A DNA stretch of 41,011 nt from Conidiobolus incongruus B7586 (taxonomy: Eukaryota). The position numbers and the translations under genes were made by a program. The DNA is taken from positions 1 through 41,011 of the forward strand of contig JNEM01010324.1 in assembly GCA_000697335.1 (NCBI GenBank), written 5' to 3'. The notes beneath the pieces are model-generated. The model was not told the DNA's origin. It searched no databases and saw only the letters and a list, made by a program, of their open reading frames with translations. Shown piece by piece: positions 1-13,224 of this stretch; the first letter of the stretch is position 1; every line of letters begins with the position of its first letter.

Positions 1-321
1 TAATTATAAATGAATATATATAATTAAATAATATTAACTTCAATATATTTTAAATAAAATTTATTTTTTTAAAACTAATAATATATTGAGTATTCGAATA
101 TTATGAAATTTATTATTATATTAAAAAAATATATATAATCAAAAAAAATGAATTTTCATATTAATAATAATAATATAATAAGGGAAGTTTTTTATAATAA
201 TATCTATATAAATAATAAAATTCAAAAAATAATATAATTTAAAAAGAATAAATATTATATAGAATATATTTTAAGAAAAAATTTAATTTTTTTATATAAT
301 AGTTTAAACTTTTATTAATGA

Positions 322-343
322 TATATATATATATATATATATA
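322..343. repeat. (AT)n microsatellite
   Basis: About 11 perfect AT units. Confidence 0.85.
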
Positions 344-506
344 ATATCAAATTTTGATATATTAGTTAGATTTTGAAAATTTGAAAATTATCATTATTGA
401 GGTTTTTAATATAATTTAATAAAATATTTTTTAAATAAAGTTATAAATTGAACTTTTTAAAATATGGTTATCATTTATTAGTACTTGAAATGATTGATTA
501 AGTATA

Positions 507-1508
507 TTAAATTGGATTGTGTCCAATTAGAGCAATTATATTTCCAATTAATTTAGATGTAATAATTGAATCCTTTGTAAGGAATTTAACAATCAAGATA
601 TTAGCGTTAACCCATTCATTTGGGTAATTTTTCTTGAAGTAGTAAAGTGCATTGAGTGTTGCTTGGGTAAGAGATGGATCAAATTTGGTATTCAACTTGG
701 CAATGATTCTAAATACAGAGTCAACAACGAATGGGAATTTCTTCATTAACCACACACCAATGGTAATTAATTTGTCGTATAAAGTGTCATGTTTGGAAAA
801 GAAATTAATAATCAAAGTAACAATGGAATAGAGAGAAAATCGGCCGTTTCTCGCTTTAACTTCACTCCCAAGAGAACGAATGTAATCTGAGTCTTGATTA
901 TTCATTCTGAGTTGCGACGGGATAATAGCTGATGCCATTCTCATGCCAATTCCAAAAGGATCCACGAAAGGCAGCTTAGTCAGTGAAGTAATATCGTACT
1001 CTTTGTTAGGGTTAACAATCATGTTTCTCATTAATTGTCTATTTTGATCAAAATATGACCCAAATATATTAAATGATATCCTGTCCATCCCCTTATTCTG
1101 AGAAAGAGTAGAGTTATCAGATTCATTCGATTGTTCGAGTTTAGGCTCATCAAAAGTACCTATGTCGATACCGAATGGCTTCAGAAGATCAGCTAAATCT
1201 GAATATTGTTTCTTATTAATTTCATCTTGATTGTCTACATTGGTTGATACTGGAGGTTTACTTAGTTGTGCAGGTGTGCTAATGGGTTGAGGCTGGGGGC
1301 TTGGCCTAGGATTGGGATTTAAAGGCTGAGCTGGGCTTGGATTGGCATTAAAAGGAAATTGGAATTGCCATGGATTATTATTAGGATTTGGTCGTTGCCA
1401 TTGTAATTGCTTATTGCTACTTCCCCAGAAGAGTGGACTTGGGTCCGCATCAATAAACTTGGAGGATATGATAATGGATATAGTCAGAAATGAGCTGATA
1501 GTTTTCAT
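507..1508 (-). CDS. Putative secreted orphan protein (333 aa): signal-peptide-like N-terminus, Pro/Asn/Gln-rich linker, helical C-terminal region
   Basis: Uninterrupted 333-codon ORF with higher GC than its flanks. Hydrophobic N-terminus (MKTISSFLTISIIISSKFIDA-DP) followed by a PNPNNNP...PSPQPQP tract. No family motif recognised. Confidence 0.75.
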   Translation of the reverse strand: MKTISSFLTISIIISSKFIDADPSPLFWGSSNKQLQWQRPNPNNNPWQFQFPFNANPSPAQPLNPNPRPSPQPQPISTPAQLSKPPVSTNVDNQDEINKKQYSDLADLLKPFGIDIGTFDEPKLEQSNESDNSTLSQNKGMDRISFNIFGSYFDQNRQLMRNMIVNPNKEYDITSLTKLPFVDPFGIGMRMASAIIPSQLRMNNQDSDYIRSLGSEVKARNGRFSLYSIVTLIINFFSKHDTLYDKLITIGVWLMKKFPFVVDSVFRIIAKLNTKFDPSLTQATLNALYYFKKNYPNEWVNANILIVKFLTKDSIITSKLIGNIIALIGHNPI

Positions 1509-2708
1509 TGGGATTAATCAATCACAGATTGGTGAAAATTTCAATCTTTATCAAATTTATATGGATGTCTAATGTTAAAATTGCATAATTTTTAGGCTAT
1601 CAATTAATGGAACAGTGAATGGTTAATTATTTTCCTATTTAAAATTGTAAAGTTTTGTATTATGCTTTTATTTATGAAATTCATTTTTCAATATGATTAT
1701 AGCTTCTTAGTTTTTTATGATTGATCGTTGTATTGGTTATATACTATTATACCATTCTTGCGTATGACCTAGACATTGATTGACATAATAGAAAGAACAT
1801 TTATTCCTTTAAATAAACAATCAATTTCAATATTTTATCTATATTAATATAGAGAGTTGAGCTTCAATGATAATTTCGATTAAATAGGAAATAACGGAGA
1901 TTTAAACTATTTTATTTTTTAAAAATTATAAAAGCAAAAAAAAATAAGCATTTTAATAAACCAGTGATAGTAAGGTCATAAAAGTAGAGGTTATTTTTCT
2001 TAATATTATTAATATTTAATCATATATAAATACAATATGATATTCAATGATAATCATATTAATTACAGAATAATATATTAGATATATTATAATAGTATAT
2101 GGTTTATTTTCTATTATGAATTGTGATGTAAATTCAGTTTTTTGCATAAAATTTCAATATTTTTAATAAAAAAAAGCAACAAAACCTTTAAAATTTCAGT
2201 AGTAAAATAATTCATTAACAATAGTTTTGAAAAGTTATGTTGATATATTAGTCACATTTACTCGCAAAATATTAGAAATAGGAAATAATACGTAAGAGTG
2301 AATATATGGTAGAAATTTAATAATATCACGATATGATGCTGTTAATATATAAAAACCATTTACAAACATTAATATATGTATTAATTATTTGTTAATTAGC
2401 TGCAATCATTTGATTAAATTTCATTATAATTAACATTCTAATCCGCCAAACTTTAAAAGTAGTTTATAACATTTATTTATTTTATATATGATCATATTAA
2501 GGCATTTCAGTATTTTATAAAATATTGTTGATAGTGTCGATATATGCATCAATCAATTTAATCTTATACACAGGTTTTAGACAAAATTCAATATTCTAAT
2601 TATTATTTAATAGGAAAAGAAATTTGAAAATTTTGTTTTTTTATAATAGTTTTTATTATTCAATGTCAATCAATTATTGTAAATTATATTTTTTGTATTG
2701 AAAATTAT

Positions 2709-3060
2709 TGTCAATTGAATAAACATACTAACGTGTCTTGGGAAAGAAGTGTCCAGATGAATTTAAATAAATGAGTGAAATCTGGTGAATTCCAGGCAAG
2801 CGTTAGGGAGATGGGGCTTATTGGTTTAAGCCAAATAGCAGGCAGGACCCAGATCGAGCTCGTACCTTCGAGAATAGCTGTAATTCCGTGTTTTATATAG
2901 AGTGAACTGAGTAAGGTGACTTACGTGATTATCTGGTGTCTTGCATCATCGGACAATTAAAAGATAGAGCAGAAGCAGCTGGTATGAAAGGAGGAAATGA
3001 CTTTATCAGTAGGCTGATGTAAGGATACTTAGGTAGAAGGGACTCACCTAACTTATTACA
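2709..3060 (-). mobile_element. Probable solo LTR or LTR relic (about 350 bp)
   Basis: GC-elevated non-coding island. The minus strand begins TGTAAT (3060) and ends ATTGACA (2709), giving TG...CA termini with an imperfect inverted match. Internal CTATATAAAA (2900-2891). No target-site duplication seen. Confidence 0.4.
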
Positions 3061-4708
3061 ATGTGGTGTTTAGAAAACGTTTATAAGTGGTTAATAACAT
3101 ATGCCGATTTTATGAAAAGAATTAATATAATTTGATTGGGTTGGTGTTTTAATGCATTCATAGTATTTTATAGTTATTGATTTCTAATATCCTATTTAAA
3201 GAAAGACTAAAATATGAAAAAAATGATGTCATATCAAAACAACGTCACTTTTTTATTGAGAAAGTGTAAAAATAATATAATTAGTGTTATATAGCAATAA
3301 TCTAATTGAAGATATCAGTGATATTGATAAGTCTTCCGACGATATGATTACTAATATCGATTCCATTTAATCAACCACTATTTAATAGTATATTAAGGTG
3401 ATCTGAGGTTATTAAACAATATAATATTTAACGAAAATTATTGCTGAAAAATGTACTCTATATACATTTAAATAATGTATTCTCCAAAAAAGAATTCTTT
3501 CAAGTGCATTACATATAACTTGTGAAAAGATTATGTAGTTTGATTAAATGGTATTTTGTTGAATTAATCAATTAATTTATAATAATATATTAATTTTATT
3601 CTCAGAAATAATATTTATTACATCAGATTAAATATAATATCCGGACAAATTAATTGCCAAATTATTTATTAAAGAATTAAAACATATATAAGTTTGGTTT
3701 TTTGTGCTAACCTCAGAAAAGTTTAATCAATTTTAATAATACAATCAAATGTGGAAATTTTGCTGAATTATATAAACAATAAGTAGTAATTTGAATTCAG
3801 CTATATAAGGTATTTTAGGAAATTTCAATAATATCAAAAATTTATTATTAGAACTGAATATATAATGTATAATTATGGTAATATAATATTTTTCAATAAA
3901 AAATCTTATGATTATTTATTGTATATTTGTTATTATTATAGTGTATATTATCTCATTTTAATAAAGTTATTAATACTCAAAAATTACATTTCAGATCGAA
4001 TTTTAGCAAAATATTAAACATTAATGATAATTTATGATATCTGTGGTACATATTAACTGTATAATGCTATATACTGATGAAATGTTTTTTCATATATTAC
4101 CATTAGAAAAAATTTGAATGAATGATTTTAGTTTGAAATTTAGCTTGATTATTATAATCACCTTATAAAATGATTAATCTCTCGTGCTTGATCAAATTTC
4201 AATCATAAAAATATTTTATAATAAATAATTGATTCAAATAATGCAAAAGACTCATTTCAATCAATATATCAACGAGAGATTATATAAGTTTATGAGATAA
4301 AATTGTTTAATAGAATATTTATTTTGAGCATATATACTGGTGTAAATAAATAAAAATAAGAACTAATAAATATGTTCGTAAATATTAACAATATAGCTTT
4401 ATATCAAAAAATAAAATTGATAGATTTTATAAAATTATTATGAACAATATTAAAAAGCAATAACCCATATAATTGATTATTATATTATAATTAAAATTTT
4501 CAGTTTTTTACTATATTTTATGAAGATGTGGTGTTAAATATTTATCCAATAGCAGATTGAAATATAATCATAGTCAAAAAATTATATATTATATTAACAT
4601 TTTAATACTATAGATAATTACTAAAATTACTTTAAATATATGATTTTATTGAGATTAATTAAAAACGAAATTATAATTTTTTTAACTCACTTTTGAAAAT
4701 ATATTTGA

Positions 4709-4744
4709 GATTCTAATATAATTGTGATTCTAATATAATTGTGA
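4709..4744. repeat. 17-bp tandem duplication (GATTCTAATATAATTGT x2)
   Basis: Two exact adjacent copies at 4709-4725 and 4726-4742, plus GA. Confidence 0.9.
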
Positions 4745-6580
4745 AAAATTAATTAAAAACAAAATTAATATAAGAATAAATACTAAATAATTTTACCAAA
4801 ACTGACTGGTATGTTATTTGAAATTTTCGCGTAATATATTATTATATCAATGAATATTGTCAAAGCTATTAATTAAAATATAAAATATATTATTAGTAAA
4901 ATTAATGCCAATAGCTCTAAATCTAAAAATAAATATTTCAAATTATTTTTTGATATATATATTTTATTGATATTGCTTTAAATATATTCAATTTATAATA
5001 AACACTAAAGTTCAAATGACTTTTTATTGCATCACACTTTAATCGTAATATTGGACACTATCAGTGATCAAAATGGAGTGAAATTCCAACTAAAATGTGA
5101 CCTTGAATCAATCATTCCAATAATTCCAAAATAAACATATACTTTATCAATTAATGAAAGGCATTGATAAATCAAATGACCAAATATTTTCAACTTATGA
5201 TATTAAATAATCAATTGAATGATAGATTTTTAGTATACGATATAATCATAGAGTACAAATCAAAACATGATGATAAATTTGAAAGTATAATATGCTAATT
5301 TTTCCCTTTTAAATGATTGAAAAAAATCTATTTGGATATTTTATGAGCATTGACTCATTTCACTTAATTCTTTTAAATTTTAAAAGTTTAATATAAATTA
5401 ACTTAAAATCCCCCGAAAATTTTGCAAGTTATTTATTTGATAAGGTTTTAAAATTAATTTCAATTGATATCAGTTAAGACTTATTCAGTATTGAGATATT
5501 TTTAGTTAGTAATTCTTAATTCGTAATATTAAATCAAAAATTTGAATTAGGAATAAAATTTTTTTATATAATTATATTTTAAAAACCCTAAGATTTTATT
5601 ATTAGGGTCTCATGAATCATCAACCGATAATAAATTCTCATCACAAATATACTAAGCCCTCTATCTCAAGTTTTCACATCATCATCGAGTTAATTTTCGA
5701 GTGAATTGACAGTTGAATCTTATGTGACTGGTTATCTGTTTCAGTTCATTAGTTGATTAGTAATATAACTTTATTTTTGATCAATTTTATTCCTTTATTC
5801 TATTAATATAAGTTGATATTTCTAGAATGCATTACAATAATCGTAATTCTTATGTATGAAAACATATCACCGAGTAGTATTCTAATGGCATTTCCTTAAA
5901 TAAAAATGTGGAGTTACAAATGGGATGAATCGGATTAGAATAACCAAAGTCATGTGTGTATGGCTCTATCCTCTTCACATGTTCACTTAAATTAATAATT
6001 GTGGAAGTCTGTTGGATATGATTAATCTGATTATTATATAATCATAATTCAAACCTTCTAGTCTAGTTATGTTGGCTTTCTTTAGTAATTTGGCTTTGAA
6101 AAAAATTTGATTACAATTTCAAATTTTAAAAATTATTGGGATTGAATATTAATTTATATATTTATTTTTAATATTGTACAATAATTAATATGGTGAATAA
6201 AAAATAGTCACTATAAAGAATCGACGAGCCTCTGACTATATAACAATAATTAATTAATTGACCAAAATATAATGCTTTCTTTTAACAGTACATAGAATAG
6301 GTTTTTGATTAATTAATTTACACTCATATCATAATTTAAAGAATGGCATTTTCTCGGAAGTAGAGTTAATGGATTAACCCGAATCAGCCACCCCTATCAA
6401 CTAATTCCCACATGATCTCATTCCCAATGCTATGATAATTAATTCAAATCAATCTTTTAGGTTTCGGTTTCATATAAATAGGTAATTGAAGTGTCTAAGG
6501 TATATTTATTACTTGCCAAAATTATCCTCAAATAAAAAATAGCATATACACCTTCTCTTTATTAATAATTAATTAATAGC

Positions 6581-7532
6581 ATGTCTTCTGAAAATAAATC
6601 ATCCGCTTTAGCTACCAGTGTTAAATCCTTCTTATCTGGTGGTTTTGGTGGTATGTGCTTAGTTGCTGCTGGTCATCCCTTAGATTTGATCAAAGTCAGA
6701 ATTCAGACTTCCTCCACCAATATTGGTGTTGCAGAATCCTTCAAGCAGATTCTCGCCAAAGACGGCCCCAAAGGTTTGTACCGTGGTATGCTTACTCCTC
6801 TTCTTGGTGTCACACCAATCTTTGCCGTCTGTTTCTGGGGTTATGACCTTGGTAAGAAAATTGTTCGCACTACCTACGGCTACGACGACAAGAAGGAATT
6901 GAGCTTGGGTGAAATCCTCTTTGCTGGTGGTTTCTCAGCCATTCCTGCCACCTTATTGATGACACCCACTGAGCGTGTCAAGTGTATTTTGCAAATTCAA
7001 GGTAACTCCACTGAACCCCCCAAGTACAGGGGTCCCTCCGATGCCATCCGTGGTATCTTGAAAGAGTCAGGTATTCGTGGCTTGTACAAGGGTACTGTCG
7101 CCACCTTACTCAGAGATGTTCCCGGATCCGTTGCCTACTTTGGTGCTTATGAAATCTTCAAGAAGGCTTTCACACCTAAGGACAAGGGACCCGAAGCCTT
7201 AAGCCCAACCGCTGTCTTTGTTGCTGGTGGCTTAGCTGGTATGGCCAACTGGGCCGTTGCTATCCCCCCTGATGTCTTGAAGTCTCGTCTCCAAACCGCT
7301 CCTGAAGGTACCTACAAGGGTGTCGGTGACGTCTTTGTCAAGCTCATCAGAACAGAAGGACCCGGTGCTCTCTTCAAGGGATTAGGACCCGCTATGCTTC
7401 GTGCTTTCCCCGCTAACGCTGCCTGCTTCTTAGGTAAGTTCTACTTGATGATGATATAACCAATCATTTATTAACATATATATTTTTTTAGGTGTGGAAG
7501 CTTCATTAAAGGTCATGAACCAATTCTTCTAA
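6581..7532 (+). CDS. CRC1: Mitochondrial carnitine/acylcarnitine carrier (SLC25A20/Crc1), 2 exons
   Basis: Three carrier repeats (PLDLIKVRIQ, PTERVKCILQ, PPDVLKSRLQ) and the family motifs GVTPIFAVCFWGY, LRDVPGS and RAFPANAACFLG. Intron 7434-7491 (GTAAGT...TAG) yields the C-terminus GVEASLKVMNQFF* with TAA at 7530-7532. Confidence 0.95.
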
Positions 7533-8185
7533 AACATTTGTTAATATTTAAAAAAGCAAACAAATGAAATAAGTAAATATAACAATATATTAAAGAAATA
7601 ACAATTATTCATAAATATATATATTTCACTTTCAGATGATATTCTAATTATTTAAGATTATTAATAGGTTGATATTGGAATATTTTTCACGTGGGATTCT
7701 TTCATTCATTCAGAACCATATTAAACATCAGTTGTCATACTCGAGACTTTCACCAATTGAGAGTTTGTCCATTATATATTCAGTTCAGCTGAGTTGTTAT
7801 TGATATTTATTTGTCGCGCTTATTTAGATAAGTCAATATCACTTTATTTAATAATAGTCACTTAAAATTTTTATTCGTTTAAAAAAATATTAAACAAAAC
7901 ATATAAAAATTATTAAAATAATTTGAATATACATTACTTCAATAATTATTATTTAGGATAATCTTCAAATTTTATTCTATTGATAATACAAAATTTTTTA
8001 GAATATATCTATTTATATAATGTTATCTAAATTTTCTCTCAATATTTTTATAATATGCTTTATTATAATAAAATGTATTTAACTTGAATTACTAATACAA
8101 AATTTTCATTAAATAGTCACATCCCACAATCATTGAGATTTTTAAAATTTATTATTTAAATCATTGATACTATTAATATTAGAAG

Positions 8186-8665
8186 ATGATTAAGAACTTT
8201 GCAATCTTTGATGGATGTAGACTGTTGGATAGTTCAAAAGGGTTCTATATGTGTATATATGGTGTGAAAGGTGCAGCTCATCTCTACAATGATGTTTCCA
8301 CAGATGAAAATCACTATTTAATGATTCATCAGGATTACCATTTTAATTCCACAGATTTATTATTTGGAATAGAAGAAGATAATGGAAAGGCTAACTTAGT
8401 AGTAATATGTGATGATGATAAAGGTTATCTCTATTTTGACGAAGATGAGGGGTATACTTTTTTCACTAATGAGAAACCTCAATATCCAATATACATTGAG
8501 CGAGTAGAGAACCAACCAGAGACTGTGTACGGCCAGAAGATATTGTTTGTTCTGAGGAATAAAAAATATATTTTTGAGTTTCAGGGTGGAGAAATTTATC
8601 TGACGCCGGAAGTGAAAAATGGTAGATTTGATAATATCATCCAGTTTGTATCTTTACAAGAATAA
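8186..8665 (+). CDS. Intronless hypothetical protein (159 aa), beta-strand-rich and acidic
   Basis: Clean ORF in very AT-rich DNA with protein-like composition. No family recognised. Confidence 0.65.
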   Translation: MIKNFAIFDGCRLLDSSKGFYMCIYGVKGAAHLYNDVSTDENHYLMIHQDYHFNSTDLLFGIEEDNGKANLVVICDDDKGYLYFDEDEGYTFFTNEKPQYPIYIERVENQPETVYGQKILFVLRNKKYIFEFQGGEIYLTPEVKNGRFDNIIQFVSLQE

Positions 8666-9129
8666 TATCTTTTACTATTAATATTGTAAGAAGCAAAACT
8701 AGATTCACTAAAGTTGGTGGTGGATAATAAAATTTATTCAGTTGTTATTTTAATTTAACAAGCTAATCAATCACAATGTTGTATTTCAAAATACCCGCCC
8801 ATCTAGATTCGATAGTTAAGTTCATATTATTCCCCGTCTATGGTGAAATTGTTAGTCCATAATCAAATGATACTTTTTAGCTCCTTAATTAGAATTTATC
8901 CAAAACCTACGTCACTCACTGAATGAATTATTTAAACTCTGAAGTGATAAGAATAATAAGTATCTAAGTTTTCTGAATATTCTGCTACGACGTCTCAACA
9001 GTAGGTTTTAAGACATACAGTCCCAATACGTTAAAGAGCAGGATTAATAAATAATTACTAAATCGTATTACGAGTACTTGTCTAACAACGATCTTTATTT
9101 ACAACACTTACTATAAAAACACAACAACA

Positions 9130-9546
9130 ATGCAAAAGATATTGGTACTACAAGGATTAAACAACTTAATCACTCAATATGAAAAGATTGAAACTAACAG
9201 GCTCCTCTACATTGATGAGATTGTTACCAGTACTAACCAAGAGCAGTTTAAGAGAAATTTTGCAAATTTGTTGTGGGGTGATGAATGTTATAAAAAACGA
9301 AACAAAACATTTTTAAATGAATTGAATGAGCAATTAAATAATGACCAAAGGAATCTGTTGTCCAAAATACAATTGAATTTAAATTATCCAGGTTTTGATG
9401 GAATCTTAAGTTTAAAGGATGAAAAAGTGAAGGAACTAAAAGAATTGTCAGAGGCAGTTGTTAAGAAGTGTATTGAAGTTAAATGTCCTGGTTTCAATTT
9501 TCTCAATATGCAACATGAAACTTTAAAGTTCATGAATCTTAGGTGA
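9130..9546 (+). CDS. Intronless hypothetical helical protein (138 aa)
   Basis: Open 138-codon frame. TATAAAA at about 9112 and an A/C-rich context (ACAACAACAATG) precede the ATG. No family recognised. Confidence 0.6.
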   Translation: MQKILVLQGLNNLITQYEKIETNRLLYIDEIVTSTNQEQFKRNFANLLWGDECYKKRNKTFLNELNEQLNNDQRNLLSKIQLNLNYPGFDGILSLKDEKVKELKELSEAVVKKCIEVKCPGFNFLNMQHETLKFMNLR

Positions 9547-10610
9547 CTTTTAAATAATAGAATATGTATGAATATATACTATTAATATTAAAAAACATTA
9601 TAATTTTAATAAATTGTAATCCAAAAATAAATTCAAAAAATGTTAATGAAACACCATTATGTATAATAAATCTCTATTGTTCACCGTTTTAATATTATAT
9701 TATTTTTTTTAATTTTTAATAATGTTATAATCAATCAATATATTAAAGAACTCTATATAGTAAATTTCATAACTATTTAACAAATATTTAAATTGCTAAT
9801 GTCTTAATCCAGGGTGAAATATTTTATAATTCTCAAGTTATTATTATGAAAATTTTTATATTTGGGATCCTAAATTTGAATACAACTTCTATGCTTGTAA
9901 TATTTTATTTCATTAATTATAAAAAAAATCATTTTAATTTATTTAATTTTTAAATATATTTTAAGGCTTGTCAACAAAACCACATGGTGCAGTACTGAAA
10001 TACTAAGACATTGGAACAATATCTTAGCTCTTGTAAACTTTTGCACAATTGGATGGATTTATTCTATAATTTATCCTCCCAAATCCAATGATCAATGGCA
10101 ATTTACTACAAATGAATTAGCTATTAACCTATTTTCCATTCATTTTTTTCCATCAATTGTATTATATAGATACTGGGTCTACCCTATTTGTTTTGTTGAA
10201 CTTTAGAATTAGTTTGATTAGGAGGTAAACGTGGTTTTCATTGGTAATAAATTTTATAGTTTATTAATTTTATTTTTAGTTTAGGTTAATCTGTATAATA
10301 TTTTGTCAAGGCAACGTCATTTGAGTTTTATAAAAATGAGTTTAATTAAAGAATTTGAATTGATATATGATAAAACTACATTAATTTGACATTAGCAGTT
10401 ATTCAAATTAGAAAATATTTTTAAGTATTTATTAAACGTTTAATAATGTTTTAAAATAATTATAAAATTTAGCTAATATTATTAATTTAATGAAAAGATT
10501 TTTGAAAAGTTTGTTCAATAATTTTTACTATAAGTTGACAAATTTAATCTTACTCTATTCGATATGCTTCGTCAATTTTGTAGTATTTTTAATATATGGA
10601 ATCAAGGCAT

Positions 10611-11145
10611 TGTATTAGACCATAAACCCAACCATATCGCAACTCTTCACATTTCTCAACTCAACTACCACCTCTCATCCTGTTCATCATTCCTAAACTA
10701 CCAAACCATACGACTGAATCGACAAATGGCACAGCTAATCCATTTATTCAAAGCTGCATATCTCAAATTAATTAATTCCAAAACCATTACTATAATCATC
10801 TTAACAATTATGTTAATGAGCTATATCATTCAAAAGTTCACCATTCTCCATCCCTTCTTACTTGATGACATTCTTCACATTACATTCTGCACCTGGAAGG
10901 ATATCTACAGCTGTCATTCCCCAATGTCCTAACTAATAATACCTGTTTATATGCTGATGAGATGATTCTGGTACAAGAAATTCCAGCAGCAGCCCATCCA
11001 CCACCGATCCGTCCTACTCTGGCTCGGCCATGAGTTAACCGTGAGTATCACCTTACTTCTTCCCCACTCCTCAAATTCCTTTATTTTATTATACCTTTTA
11101 TCATTCTGAGACTCCATTTGTCAATCTAATCTTATGAGATTGACA
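10611..11145 (+). mobile_element. Possible retroelement/LTR relic (C/A-skewed, GC-elevated island)
   Basis: Composition differs sharply from the flanks. It ends in ATTGACA like the 2709-3060 island and shares the 10-mer TCACCTTACT with it. The left boundary is uncertain. Confidence 0.3.
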
Positions 11146-13224
11146 TTTTGGATTGAGTTGAATTTACTTGAAATTTTATTATACTACTCTTTGCATTTGG
11201 TCATTACTGCACTATTTACATCTCAATCTTTAATCTATAAGAATGAACTTGGTGAACTATCTACAAATAAATAATATCCAATTAATTATAAATACAAATT
11301 ATATCTTTAGATAAATATATCTAATTCACAGAACTTAGTTTCTATATAATAATTTAATTTTCTAGATTTTACTATTTTAAATTTTAAAAACATATTTTAA
11401 TCTTTTTATTATAAATAAATTTAATTAATTTAATATTAATTCTTTTTTTATTTCAAATTTTATAACAATTTACTCAATTGTAAAAAATCAGTTGAAAAAA
11501 TTTATATAAAAAGGATTATAACCCACAAGTTAACCTTATATAAACTATTGTGAATTAATAAAAATTTACAAAGCTGGTTTTTAATATAATATTATGTAAA
11601 ATATCCAATTAATTTCAATATTAATCATAATTTAATATAAATACAGAATAAAACCTTTAAATTATTTAATATTTGTCATAAATTCAAATATAAATCCTCA
11701 AGTAAAATATTTAAGGTATGAAAAAATTATTAAAATATACTGTACAACGTATTTTGATATGTTTTCAGATGATATCATTCTTTTTAGATTTATATTTCAA
11801 TTTCAAGACTAATTTTGTCTCTAATATAAAGTATTTAGATTGTATAATAATTTTGTACCAATTCTAAAATAATTTGTACACCACTCTTGGGTAATGTTAG
11901 ACACAATGTCATAACTCTATCATCATTTTTCATATAAATATTCTTATATTAAAAAATCAGTTTCATTAAATCATTCATTATTCAAAGTTGAATTGAACGA
12001 TATTATAAATTATCGTAAAGTGAATGTTAATCGATTCTAAGCATAGCACTTACTCTTTGATATTATTTATTTTATTAAATTGATTTTGTCTTGAAATTTT
12101 ATTTTTGTTCGATTTTGTAATTTGAATTGTACTTTAATGTCAATATATACAATATTCAATACATCATCAAACTGTGTACATGACATAAGCATATTATTTA
12201 GTAGAATTTGGTCAATAAATTCATTTAACTGGAAACCCTTAAGCAATATAAAATTTGAATTAATTTCGAAACATAATGATAAAATTATGATGATACATAC
12301 AATGTTTAGCCGAAAAACAGTTTAAGGTTTACTAATTCTAAATCTATTTATAATATTTCTTTTGAATCAAATTAATTGTTTTAAAAAATTTTATAAGTTT
12401 TAAAATTTGATTAGTAGTTCATAATCAATAAATTAATTTAAAAATATTTATTATCAATATCAGATATTTGATTCACATCTATGAATTTTTTTTCAATATA
12501 ATAATGATGATGTATATATTTAATTATTTTAACTCTTGTCATTACACTAACAATAATTAACCACTTTAACAAATTTACCAAATTCAGTAATTAATCACAT
12601 TTTTGAAAAAGAATTGGAAAATTTAAAAAAAAATAATATAATATAAAAATATAAAAATTTGAAAATAGCTTTAAGTTTTTCATATGTATTAAATTTTATA
12701 TTGATAAAATATTAAAGTATATATTTATATTATTCCTTTTTCAAGTTTAATTACAATTAATTTAAATAACAAAAAAAATTCTGTTACTAATAACCCCAAC
12801 CCTCAATTTCTAGTAAAATTTACAATTGGTCAAAATGATGTGATGATGATATCATTGACCAGAATAATGTCCATATATTTGCATATATTCATTAATATAA
12901 TATAATGAATAGATTGACTATTATAAATGATATTAAAATTCAATATTAATAAGATAATTTGTAATTGAATCATAACACCACAATGAATGAGGAGATCAAA
13001 TCTAATAAAAATCTGGAGAGGTACCGAAAAAGTAAAATCTATGAGAATTTAGGGGATTACAAATTTGGCAAAATATACTAAAATATAATTATTTGAAAGA
13101 ATATTAAAGACCATTTCAAAAAAACAAATAGGTTAAGTTTCTTTTTTAATTGTTTAATATTTTTTTTACCTTGTTATAAATTATATTTTGAGTTGAGTGT
13201 ATTTATATATTATTTTGAGATAAA

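Noticed and set aside
2805..2825. ATGGGGCTTATT resembling the 3' P4 strand of RNase MRP RNA
   Set aside because: No matching upstream GAAAGTCCCC-type 5' P4 strand at a plausible distance.
10564..10932. 122-aa ORF as a protein-coding gene
   Set aside because: His/Ile/Leu-biased translation of a C/A-skewed, probably repeat-derived island, with no recognisable domain.
12122..12325. 67-aa ORF (and 34911-35111)
   Set aside because: Non-ATG starts, short, and no motifs; expected by chance.
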